DNA of 64,000 nucleotides from Alphaproteobacteria bacterium (GTDB lineage: Bacteria; Pseudomonadota; Alphaproteobacteria; SMXQ01). The DNA lies in NCBI GenBank assembly GCA_030831315.1, contig JAURLI010000003.1, positions 18,884-82,883 of the forward strand. Reading direction: 5' to 3'. Positions 9,032 to 17,954 of this stretch are shown here, in pieces (the first letter of the stretch is position 1; every line of letters begins with the position of its first letter). Made by a program: the position numbers and the translations under genes. A model generated the notes under the pieces. The model had not been told where the DNA came from. It did not search any database and was given only the letters and a program-made list of their open reading frames with translations.

Positions 9032-12022
9032 ATGAGCGAAACCGCTGCCACTGCCCCCGTTGCCAAACGCACCCGCGCGCGATCCCGCCCGGGCCGTGGT
9101 CCGGCGCGCGCAGCGGGCGACGAAATCGCCGTGTTTTCCGCACGCCTCGAAACCCTCGTCGCCGCCGACCGCCCGGCCTCGGAACTGCGCGGGCAGGTTC
9201 TTGCGCTCGCACGCGATACGCTTGCCGCCGAACGAGACAACGTGCGCGAGGCCTTCTTCGCCCATGAAATGACCGGCGCCGAAGTCGTCGTCGCCAATAC
9301 GCGCATCATCGACGGGTTGATCGTCGCGCTGTTCGAATTCGTCACGAGCGCGGTTTATCGCAGCGCCAATCCAACGCGCGGCGAACGCATGGCTCTGGTC
9401 GCCCAGGGCGGCTACGGGCGCGGCGAGCTCGCGCCGCAGTCGGACATCGATCTGCTGTTCGTGCTGCCTTACAAGAAGACGCCCTACAATGAACAGGTCA
9501 TCGAATACATTCTTTATCTTCTGTGGGATCTCGGCTTCAAGGTCGGCCAGGCGACGCGTTCGGTCGACGACTGCATGCGACTGGCCAAGGAAGACATCAC
9601 CATCCGAACGGCGCTGCTCGAGTCGCGCCTGATCGCGGGCGATACCGACCTTTATGAATCGCTGCGACGCCGTTTCCGCGCCGATGTCGTGGAAGGCACC
9701 GCGCCGGCCTTCGTCGAGGCCAAGCTTGCCGAACGCGACGAACGCCACCACCGCGTCGGCGACTCGCGCTACGTCCTTGAGCCAAACATCAAGGAAGGCA
9801 AGGGTGGCCTGCGCGACCTGCACACGCTTTTCTGGATCGCCAAATATACCTACGGGGTCGACGACGTTTCCCGGCTGGTCGAGCTCGGCGTCCTGTCAGA
9901 GCGCGAAGCGATGCGTTTCGCCAAGGCGCAGGACTTCCTGTGGACGATCCGCTGCTATCTTCACTATCTGACGGGACGCGAGGAAGACCGCCTCACCTTC
10001 GACATGCAGGAGCGCATCGCCGAACTGATGGGCTACACCGATCATGCCGGGACCCGCGGCGTCGAGCGTTTCATGAAACATTACTTCCTGTGGGCGAAGG
10101 AAGTCGGCGGCCTGACGCGCATCTTCTGCGCGGCGCTGGAAGAACAGAGCCGCCGCCGCCCACGCCTCAACTTCCGGTTCTGGCGCGGCGACGGCCGCAC
10201 CGTCGATGGTTTTGTCATCGAAAAAGGGCGTGTGCGCGTTGCCGACGACGAAGCCTTCGCCAGGGATCCGGTTGCGCTGATCCGACTTTTCCATGTCGCC
10301 CATCGCGAAGACGTCGACATCCACCCCGCGACCCTGAAATTGATCACCCGTTCCCTACCGCTGATCGGTGACAAGCTCCGGCGCAACAAGGACGCCAATG
10401 CCCTGTTCCTCGACCTGCTTGTCGACAAGCGCAATCCGGAAGTGGTTCTGCGCCGCATGAACGAGGCGGGCGTATTCGGTCGCTTCGTTCCCGACTTCGG
10501 CCGCGTCGTCGCGCAGATGCAGCACGACATGTATCACGTCTATACGGTGGACGAGCACACGATCTTCGCGCTCGGCATCCTGCACCGTATCGAACAGGGC
10601 GAGATGCAGGACGTCATGCCGGTGGCAAGCGAGATCATCGGCAAGATCGGTTCGCGCCGAGCTCTTTATGTCGGGCTGTTGCTGCACGACATCGCCAAGG
10701 GCCGCGGCGGCGACCATTCGGTGCTCGGCGCAAAGGTGGCCCAGCGGCTTGGTCCGCGCCTGGGCCTCAGCGCCGAGGAAACGGAAAGTGCCGCCTGGCT
10801 CGTGCGCAATCACCTCATCATGTCGAACACGGCGTTTCGCCGCGACATTGACGATCCGCAGACCGTCGCCGACTTCGTTGCCGGCGTGCAGTCGCCAGAA
10901 CGCCTGCGCATGTTGCTGTGCCTGACCGTCGCCGATATCCGCGCGGTTGGCCCCAACGTCTGGAACGGCTGGAAAGCGGCGCTCCTGCGCGAACTTTACT
11001 ACGCTTCCGAAGCGGTGATGTCGGGCCAGCTGTCGGGACGCGCCCGCGCCCAGCGCGCCGATGCCGCGCGCGATGCGCTGAAGGTGCAGCTCGCGGGCTG
11101 GACCGAACAGGAAAAGGAAGACTATGCATCGCGCGGCGCAGCTCCCTACTGGCTCGCCTTCGATACCGATACCCATCTCCGCCATGCGGCCATCGTGCGT
11201 CAGGCGGAACAGGGCGAAAACCTTCTGACCATCGACCTGCATGTCGATGCGTTCCGCGCCGTAACGGAAGTGACGGTCTACACCGTGGACGATGCGGGCC
11301 TGTTCTCGCGCATTGCAGGCGCGATCGCCCTTGCGGGCGCCAATATCGTCGACGCGAAGATCTTCACGCTGACCAACGGCATGGCGCTCGACAGCTTCTG
11401 GGTGCAGGACATCGATGGCCAGCCTGTCACCGAACCGGCGGCGCTTCGCCGCCTGAAGGACACGCTCGAAAAGGTCATTTCGAAAAGCCGCAGGCTCGGC
11501 CGCAAGTTGCGTCTCAAGGCGACGCTGCCTGCGCGCACGCGCGTGTTTCGTGACCAGCCGCGCGTGGTGATCGACAACAAAGCTTCGAATACCTACTCGG
11601 TGATCGAGGTCAACGGCCGTGACCGACCGGGTTTTCTTTACGACGTCACCCATGCGCTGACGGAACTCAACCTCCAGATTTCTTCGGCGAAGATTTCGAC
11701 CTACGGCACGCGCGCCGTCGACGTTTTCTACGTAAAGGATATTTTCGGCCTCAAGATCACCCACGAAACGCGGCTCGAAACCATCCGCCAGCGCCTGCTC
11801 GAAGCCATCGTCGAGGCCGAGGAAGAAACGCCGCCCCCCGCCAAGAAGGCGGACGCAGCCGAGAAGGCCGCACCAGAGGACGTGCCGAAGCCCAAGCCCG
11901 CGCTGCGCTCGCGTCCCGATGCCACGCCGCGCTCCAAGCCCAAGCCCAAGGGAAAGACGGCTACCCGCAGTGGTGCGGCGGCATCCGGGGCCAAGCCGGG
12001 CCCCAAGGGCAAGGCGCGGTGA
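9032..12022 (+). CDS. glnD: bifunctional [protein-PII] uridylyltransferase / uridylyl-removing enzyme GlnD, carrying an unusual Lys/Pro/Ala-rich C-terminal tail
   Basis: Nucleotidyltransferase domain, HD domain ('LLLHDIAKGRGGDHS') and two C-terminal ACT domains. ATG at 9032 ('MSETAATAPV'). Confidence 0.9.
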   Translation: MSETAATAPVAKRTRARSRPGRGPARAAGDEIAVFSARLETLVAADRPASELRGQVLALARDTLAAERDNVREAFFAHEMTGAEVVVANTRIIDGLIVALFEFVTSAVYRSANPTRGERMALVAQGGYGRGELAPQSDIDLLFVLPYKKTPYNEQVIEYILYLLWDLGFKVGQATRSVDDCMRLAKEDITIRTALLESRLIAGDTDLYESLRRRFRADVVEGTAPAFVEAKLAERDERHHRVGDSRYVLEPNIKEGKGGLRDLHTLFWIAKYTYGVDDVSRLVELGVLSEREAMRFAKAQDFLWTIRCYLHYLTGREEDRLTFDMQERIAELMGYTDHAGTRGVERFMKHYFLWAKEVGGLTRIFCAALEEQSRRRPRLNFRFWRGDGRTVDGFVIEKGRVRVADDEAFARDPVALIRLFHVAHREDVDIHPATLKLITRSLPLIGDKLRRNKDANALFLDLLVDKRNPEVVLRRMNEAGVFGRFVPDFGRVVAQMQHDMYHVYTVDEHTIFALGILHRIEQGEMQDVMPVASEIIGKIGSRRALYVGLLLHDIAKGRGGDHSVLGAKVAQRLGPRLGLSAEETESAAWLVRNHLIMSNTAFRRDIDDPQTVADFVAGVQSPERLRMLLCLTVADIRAVGPNVWNGWKAALLRELYYASEAVMSGQLSGRARAQRADAARDALKVQLAGWTEQEKEDYASRGAAPYWLAFDTDTHLRHAAIVRQAEQGENLLTIDLHVDAFRAVTEVTVYTVDDAGLFSRIAGAIALAGANIVDAKIFTLTNGMALDSFWVQDIDGQPVTEPAALRRLKDTLEKVISKSRRLGRKLRLKATLPARTRVFRDQPRVVIDNKASNTYSVIEVNGRDRPGFLYDVTHALTELNLQISSAKISTYGTRAVDVFYVKDIFGLKITHETRLETIRQRLLEAIVEAEEETPPPAKKADAAEKAAPEDVPKPKPALRSRPDATPRSKPKPKGKTATRSGAAASGAKPGPKGKAR

Positions 12023-12073
12023 TGCGTTCCGTGCTATCCCTGTTTTCGGCAACGATCACCTGACGCGCTTTTC

Positions 12074-13654
12074 ATGGCCCTTCTGCGATCCATCACTACC
12101 GTCGGCGGCTATACGCTTCTTTCGCGGCTGCTGGGATTCCTGCGCGACGTTCTGTTCGCGGCGGTGCTTGGCGCCTCGACCGCGGCAGACGCGTTCTTCG
12201 TCGCCTTCAAGTTTCCGAACCTGTTTCGCCGCCTGTTCGCCGAAGGCGCGTTCTCGGCCGCCTTCGTGCCTATGTTCGCGGGGCTGCTGACGACGGCGGG
12301 AGAAAAACCGGCACGCCGCTTTGCCGAGGAATCCTTGGCGGTCCTGCTCGCGGTGCTGGTGGTCTTCGTCTGCATTCTGGAAATCCTGATGCCCTGGCTG
12401 ATGCTGGTCATCGCGCCGGGCTTTCGCGCCGATCCCGGAAAGTTCGCACTGGCGATCGACCTGACCCGCATCACGCTGCCTTATCTGCTGTTCATTTCGC
12501 TCGTTGCATTGATGGGCGCGATCCTCAATGCCTACGACAAGTTCGCCGCCGCCGCCGCGGCACCTGTCGTGCTCAACCTCGTGCTGATCGCCGCAGCACT
12601 CGGCTGGCAGCTTTATACGCACACGCCCGCGCGCGGGCTTGCCTGGGGCATTGCCGTTGCCGGTGTCCTGCAATTCGCCTGGCTCGGCATCGCCCTTGCG
12701 CGTCACGGGTTCGTCATGCGTTTGCGCTGGCCGCGCCTGACGCCCGATGTGAAGAAACTGCTGCGCCTGATGTTGCCGGTCGCATTCGGTGCGGGCATCT
12801 ACCAGATCAACGTCGTTATCGACGTCATCATCGCGTCGTTCCTGCCGACGGGATCGATTTCCTACCTTTATTATGCCGACCGCGTGAACCAGCTGCCACT
12901 CGGCGTCATCGGCATCGCCGTGGCGACGGCGCTGTTGCCGCTGATGAGCCGCCAGATCCGCGCCGGCAACGAGGCCGAAGCGCTGATGAGCCAGAACCGC
13001 GCCGTCGAATTCGCGGCGTTCCTGACCGTGCCTGCTGCCTTCGCCCTTGTCGCTGCGGCCGGTCCTATCGTGTCGGGGCTTTTCGGGCGCGGCCTGTTCG
13101 GAACGGCGGCGCAGGAAGCGACGGCGCTGGCGCTCGCGGCTTATGCGCTTGGCTTGCCCGCCTATGTGCAGGTGAAGGTTCTGTCGACGGCTTTCTTCGC
13201 CCGCGAGGATACGGCAACGCCGGTCAAGGTCGGGGTCGTCGCCCTGTTCGTCAATCTGGGTGTGGCGCTGGTCCTGATGTGGCCGCTCGGCCATGTCGGC
13301 ATCGCCCTTGCCACTTCGACGGCGGCCTGGGTCAATGCGGGGCTGTTGGCCTGGCTGCTCGGCCGCCGCGGCCGCCTTGCTCCCGATGCCCGGCTGAAAC
13401 GCAAGCTGCCGCGTATCGCGCTCGCCTCCGTCGTCATGGCGGGGGCTGTGGCGGGAATCGTTCATTCGCTGCCCGATGCCGGCAGTTGGGCCGAGGGCCT
13501 GCGGTTTGCCTATCTGGCGGCCCTCGTGGCGGGTGGAGTTGTGCTTTATGGGGCGCTTGCCTTTCTGGGCGGTGCCATTACCCGGGACGAATTGCGCGCA
13601 GCGCTGACCCGCAACCGCGGGCCGGAACCCGGCCCGGGGACGGGTGTTGCTTGA
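12074..13654 (+). CDS. murJ: lipid II flippase MurJ (MviN)
   Basis: 'LLSRLLGFLRDVLFAAVLGAS...FFVAFKFPNLFRRLFAEGAFSAAFVP' is the MurJ N-terminal signature. Multi-TM. Conserved glnD-mviN order. Confidence 0.9.
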   Translation: MALLRSITTVGGYTLLSRLLGFLRDVLFAAVLGASTAADAFFVAFKFPNLFRRLFAEGAFSAAFVPMFAGLLTTAGEKPARRFAEESLAVLLAVLVVFVCILEILMPWLMLVIAPGFRADPGKFALAIDLTRITLPYLLFISLVALMGAILNAYDKFAAAAAAPVVLNLVLIAAALGWQLYTHTPARGLAWGIAVAGVLQFAWLGIALARHGFVMRLRWPRLTPDVKKLLRLMLPVAFGAGIYQINVVIDVIIASFLPTGSISYLYYADRVNQLPLGVIGIAVATALLPLMSRQIRAGNEAEALMSQNRAVEFAAFLTVPAAFALVAAAGPIVSGLFGRGLFGTAAQEATALALAAYALGLPAYVQVKVLSTAFFAREDTATPVKVGVVALFVNLGVALVLMWPLGHVGIALATSTAAWVNAGLLAWLLGRRGRLAPDARLKRKLPRIALASVVMAGAVAGIVHSLPDAGSWAEGLRFAYLAALVAGGVVLYGALAFLGGAITRDELRAALTRNRGPEPGPGTGVA

Positions 13655-13707
13655 CCGGCACGCGGATTTGAGGCGATAAACCCCGCCGTTGGGTTAGGGA
13701 CGAGGCC

Positions 13708-14706
13708 ATGAACCGAATTTTCTCAGGCGTGCAGCCGACCGGGAACCTGCATCTCGGAAATTATCTGGGCGCCATCCGCAACTGGGTGGCGCTCCAGCAT
13801 GACTACGACTGCATCTTCTGCATCGTGGATCTGCACGCGTTGACGGTTGCCCAGCGGCCCGAGGAGTTGCGCGCCAATACGCGCGAAGTCACGGCGGCCT
13901 ATATTGCGGCTGGCATCGATCCCGACCGCTGCATCATCTTCAACCAGTCGGCGGTGCCCGGCCATTCGGAGCTCGCCTGGCTGCTCGGCTGTATCACGCC
14001 GCTCGGCTGGCTCAACCGCATGACCCAGTTCAAGGAAAAGGCGGGCCGCCACCGCGAGAACGCGGGCCTTGGGCTTTATTCCTATCCGGTGCTGATGGCC
14101 GCCGACATCCTGCTCTACAAGGCGACTCACGTGCCGGTGGGCGAGGACCAGAAGCAGCACCTCGAGCTTTCGCGCGATATCGCCGGCGCCTTCAACCGCC
14201 AGTACGACACCGAATTCTTCCCGCTGCCCGAGCCCCAGATCCTTGGCGAGGCGACCCGCGTCATGAGTCTGCGCGACGGCAGCGCCAAGATGAGCAAGTC
14301 CGACCCATCCGCCTACTCGCGCATCAACATGACGGACGATGCCGATACCATCGCCCTCAAGGTGCGTAAGGCCAAGACCGACCCCGAACCGTTGCCGAGC
14401 GAGGCCAAGGGCCTTGAAAACCGGCCCGAGGCCGCCAACCTGGTCAATATCTATGCGGCACTTTCCGGGATGTCGAAGGACGCGGTGCTCAATGAGTTCG
14501 GCGGCAAGATGTTCTCGGCCTTCAAGCCGGCGCTCTCCGATCTCGCTGTGGCGAAGCTCGGCCCCATCGGCCAGGAAATGACGCACCTGCTCAAGGATCG
14601 CGGCCTCATCGACGGGATCCTGCGCAAGGGTGCCGAGCGCGCCGGTGAAATCGCCCGCGCCCACATGGCGCAGATGCACGACATCATCGGCATCCTGCGG
14701 CCCTGA
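13708..14706 (+). CDS. trpS: tryptophan--tRNA ligase
   Basis: '[19 protein letters not shown]' HIGH-type motif and 'KMSKS'. Confidence 0.95.
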   Translation: MNRIFSGVQPTGNLHLGNYLGAIRNWVALQHDYDCIFCIVDLHALTVAQRPEELRANTREVTAAYIAAGIDPDRCIIFNQSAVPGHSELAWLLGCITPLGWLNRMTQFKEKAGRHRENAGLGLYSYPVLMAADILLYKATHVPVGEDQKQHLELSRDIAGAFNRQYDTEFFPLPEPQILGEATRVMSLRDGSAKMSKSDPSAYSRINMTDDADTIALKVRKAKTDPEPLPSEAKGLENRPEAANLVNIYAALSGMSKDAVLNEFGGKMFSAFKPALSDLAVAKLGPIGQEMTHLLKDRGLIDGILRKGAERAGEIARAHMAQMHDIIGILRP

Positions 14707-14823
14707 TCCGGCGGCTCCGATCCGGCAGGCCACGCGGCCCTTTTTCCCTTGCGCTTTGGGGCGCGCGGGCGCACAACGGAAACGATCCTAGAACAAGGTA
14801 ACCGCGGCGTTCCGGCCGAACCC

Positions 14824-15744
14824 ATGCAGATTTATCTGCCTATCGCCGAAATTTCCCTCAACGTGTTCCTGCTTTTGGGAATGGGGGGCGCGGTCGGATT
14901 CCTGTCCGGCCTGTTCGGCGTTGGCGGCGGCTTCCTGATGACGCCGCTCCTGATCTTTACCGGCGTGCCGCCGGCGGTTGCCGTCGCGACGGAAGCGAAC
15001 CAGGTTGTCGCCGCATCGGTTTCCGGCGTCCTCGCCCATTGGCGGCGCGGCAACGTCGATTTCAAGATGGGCGCCGTGCTGCTGGTGGGCGGCGTTGGCG
15101 GTTCCGCCTTCGGTGTCTGGCTCTATTCGATCCTGCGCGGTCTCGGCCAGCTCGACCTCGTCATCGCGCTCAGCTACGTCATTTTCCTCGGCATCATCGG
15201 GTCGCTGATGCTGGTCGAATCGGGCCGCGCCATCCTGCGAAAACGCAACTCCGGTGCCGGCGCGCGCAAGCTGCACCAGCACACCTGGCTGCACGGGCTG
15301 CCGTTCAAGATGCGCTTTCGCAAGTCGAAACTCTATATTTCGGCGCTGCTGCCGCTGCTGATCGGTTTTCTTGTCGGCATCCTGTCGGCGATCATGGGTG
15401 TTGGCGGCGGGTTCATGCTGGTGCCGGCGATGATCTATCTGCTCGGCATGCCGACCATCACGGTCGTCGGCACCTCGCTGTTCCAGATCATTTTCGTCAC
15501 CGCGACGGTGACATTCCTGCAGGCCGCCCATAACCAGACCGTCGACGTCATGCTGGCGCTGATCCTGCTGACAGGCAGCGTTATCGGCGCCCAGTTCGGA
15601 TCGCGCTTCGCGGGCCGCCTGCCCGGCGAACAGTTGCGCGGGCTGCTGGCACTGATGGTCTTGGCGGTCGCCATCAAGATTATTTTTGATCTCGTGACCC
15701 AGCCTGCGGACCTGTTCTCGCTCGGCACGGCGGGGGGCGGCTGA
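14824..15744 (+). CDS. TauE/SafE (TSUP, DUF81) family anion exporter
   Basis: Two internal repeats of hydrophobic helices containing GxGGG motifs ('LFGVGGGFLMTPLL', 'IMGVGGGFMLVPAM'). Start 'MQIYLP' at 14824. Confidence 0.8.
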   Translation: MQIYLPIAEISLNVFLLLGMGGAVGFLSGLFGVGGGFLMTPLLIFTGVPPAVAVATEANQVVAASVSGVLAHWRRGNVDFKMGAVLLVGGVGGSAFGVWLYSILRGLGQLDLVIALSYVIFLGIIGSLMLVESGRAILRKRNSGAGARKLHQHTWLHGLPFKMRFRKSKLYISALLPLLIGFLVGILSAIMGVGGGFMLVPAMIYLLGMPTITVVGTSLFQIIFVTATVTFLQAAHNQTVDVMLALILLTGSVIGAQFGSRFAGRLPGEQLRGLLALMVLAVAIKIIFDLVTQPADLFSLGTAGGG

Positions 15745-16508
15745 TGATCCGGGGTTTCCTCCATCGCGCTGTTCTGGCGGGCTTTGTGCTGGCGGGGGTT
15801 CTTGTCGCATCGATGATGCAACAGGCCCGCGCCCAGCAGGTGGTGGCGGACCTGTCGCGTCACCTCGTTGCCATCACGACCGGCTTCATCGGCACCGAAG
15901 TGCTTTTGTTTGGTGCCACCGACGGCGATGGTGACGTAGTGGTGATCGTGCGCGGCCCGGACCGGCGCGAGGTTGTGCGGCGCAAGGATCGCATCGCCGG
16001 TATCTGGGTCAACGCCGGGCAGGTCTCGTTCAATGCGGCGCCGGCCTTCTATGCCGTCGCCACGTCGCGGCCCGTGACCGAAATCGTTCCCCAGCGGCTG
16101 CTCGCTCGCCATCGCATCGGGACGGACAATCTTGATCTCAGGCCCGGCGCAGCGGTCGATGCGAAGTTGCTCGCCGAATACAGGGCAGGTTTCATCCGCA
16201 ACAAGGTGCGTAAGGGCCTGTACATGGAAAAGCCGGGCGGTGTGACCTTCCTCGGCAATCGCCTGTTCCGTACCAATCTTTATTTCCCGGCCAATGTGCC
16301 GACCGGCACCTATACCGTCGAAGTCCTGCAGGTGCGCCAGGGGCGCGTGGTCAGCGCGCAGACGACGCCGCTGCTGATTTCCAAGATCGGCCTTGGTGCG
16401 GAAGTGTACCGGTTCGCGCACCGTTACTCGGCGTTTTACGGGATCATCGCAATTCTCATCGCGCTGGCGGCCGGCTGGACCGCGGGCGCCGTCTTCCGAA
16501 AGGCCTGA
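15744..16508 (+). CDS. conserved alphaproteobacterial protein of unknown function (TIGR02186-like): signal peptide plus C-terminal TM anchor
   Basis: N-terminal hydrophobic signal and a C-terminal 'FYGIIAILIALAAGWTAGAVF' TM helix. Its ATG overlaps the tauE stop. The family assignment is from memory. Confidence 0.55.
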   Translation: MIRGFLHRAVLAGFVLAGVLVASMMQQARAQQVVADLSRHLVAITTGFIGTEVLLFGATDGDGDVVVIVRGPDRREVVRRKDRIAGIWVNAGQVSFNAAPAFYAVATSRPVTEIVPQRLLARHRIGTDNLDLRPGAAVDAKLLAEYRAGFIRNKVRKGLYMEKPGGVTFLGNRLFRTNLYFPANVPTGTYTVEVLQVRQGRVVSAQTTPLLISKIGLGAEVYRFAHRYSAFYGIIAILIALAAGWTAGAVFRKA

Positions 16509-16511
16509 GCC

Positions 16512-17027
16512 ATGGCAAATCCAGACGCGAGCCGCGACCGGACCGAAGAAAAGCCCCATGACGGCAAGGAGCGCATCTTCCTTGTCGTCGTCGACAACAC
16601 GGTCGAGCATCACAAGGCGCTGCGTTTCGCCGCCTTGCGCGCCCGGCGCACCGGGGGCCGCGTGGCATTGCTCTATGTCATCGAGCCCGCCGAGTTCCAG
16701 CACTGGATGGCGGTCGAAAACCTGATGCGCGAGGAGCGCCGCCAGGAGGCCGAAGCACTTTTGCAGTCGGTCTCCGAAGAGGTCCAGCAGCTCTCGGGCA
16801 TGACGCCCGTGTACTACCTGCGCGAGGGCAAGGTGCACGAAGAGCTGCTCAAGCTGATCGAGGAGGAAAGAAGCATTTCGATCCTCGTGCTTGCCGCCGG
16901 AACCGACAAGAAGGGACCCGGACCACTGGTCTCGCAGCTTGCCGGAAAGATGTCGGGAACCCTGCCGATCCCGGTCACGATCGTTCCCGGGAACCTGTCG
17001 AACGAAGAAATCGACGCCCTGACCTGA
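16512..17027 (+). CDS. universal stress protein (UspA family)
   Basis: 'ERIFLVVVDNTVEHHKALRFA...ISILVLAAGTDKKGPGPLVSQL' is a Usp alpha/beta fold with the ATP-binding-like G-x2-G-x9-G region. Confidence 0.8.
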   Translation: MANPDASRDRTEEKPHDGKERIFLVVVDNTVEHHKALRFAALRARRTGGRVALLYVIEPAEFQHWMAVENLMREERRQEAEALLQSVSEEVQQLSGMTPVYYLREGKVHEELLKLIEEERSISILVLAAGTDKKGPGPLVSQLAGKMSGTLPIPVTIVPGNLSNEEIDALT

Positions 17028-17196
17028 TCAAAATCTGTTGTATTTCCGCAACAACGCGATTCTTCGTTGCGATTATTCATTTCTTTGAGAACGAAAATTT
17101 CGGGCCAGCGGCATAATCGCACGTGTTAAGGTTAACCCACTGAAATCCAATAACAAAATTACCTTGATTTTGATCGACTTTGTCCCCAATTTCTCT

Positions 17197-17243
17197 CCGT
17201 GACCGTCACCGGGGCTGCCTCAGTTTTGCCCCGTGACCGTGAC
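17197..17243 (+). repeat. 13-mer direct repeat (CCGTGACCGTCAC / CCGTGACCGTGAC) upstream of nfuA; the first copy contains the perfect palindrome GTGACCGTCAC
   Basis: Read directly from the sequence, 50-100 nt upstream of the nfuA ATG. Confidence 0.5.
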
Positions 17244-17295
17244 AGGGTCCCCCGGGGCCGATGGCGCGGCCAACTTGGAAACAGGCGTAACGCAG

Positions 17296-17844
17296 ATGTT
17301 TATCCAGACGGAGCAGACACCGAATCCCGCGACCCTCAAGTTCATTCCCGGCCGTGCCGTGATGGACAAGGGTACCGCGGACTTTCCCGCACCTTCGCCG
17401 GGCGCATCGCCGCTTGCCGACCGGCTGTTCGCGGTGGATGGCGTGGCCCGTGTTTTCCTTGGCTCGGATTTCATTTCCGTCACCAAGGATGAGGCGCGCG
17501 AGTGGACGTCGCTCAAGCCGATGGTGCTCGGCGCCATCATGGAGCATTTCACCTCGGGAGCGCCGGCGGTTGCCGAAGCTGGTGGCGAGGACGGCGAATT
17601 TTCGGAGGCGGACGGCGAAGTCGTCGCCCAGATCAAGGAACTGCTGGACACCCGCGTGCGTCCGGCGGTGGCCCAGGACGGCGGCGATATCGTGTTCCGC
17701 CGCTATGAGGAAGGCATTGTTTATCTTCGGATGCAGGGATCGTGCTCGGGTTGCCCGAGTTCATCGGCAACCCTCAAGGTCGGCATCGAGAACATGCTGA
17801 AGCACTATATTCCGGAGATCAGGGAAGTCCGGCCTGCGGAATAA
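17296..17844 (+). CDS. nfuA: NifU/Nfu-family Fe-S cluster assembly protein
   Basis: 'MFIQTEQTPNPATLKF' Nfu N-domain and 'LRMQGSCSGCPSS' CxxC scaffold motif. Confidence 0.85.
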   Translation: MFIQTEQTPNPATLKFIPGRAVMDKGTADFPAPSPGASPLADRLFAVDGVARVFLGSDFISVTKDEAREWTSLKPMVLGAIMEHFTSGAPAVAEAGGEDGEFSEADGEVVAQIKELLDTRVRPAVAQDGGDIVFRRYEEGIVYLRMQGSCSGCPSSSATLKVGIENMLKHYIPEIREVRPAE

Positions 17845-17954
17845 GGGGCAGAAAGCCCCGTTCGGGACGGACACGCATTTTGGTTGCGTTGGTGTTAATA
17901 AGGACTGGTCGGTTGGGGACGGCCATTTGCAGCGATCTGAAAGGATTGTCGGAA

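Noticed and set aside
17120-17160. CtrA-like site 'GTTAAGGTTAAC'
   Set aside because: The spacing is TTAA-N2-TTAAC, not N7. This is more likely just a GTTAAC palindrome in an AT-rich spacer.
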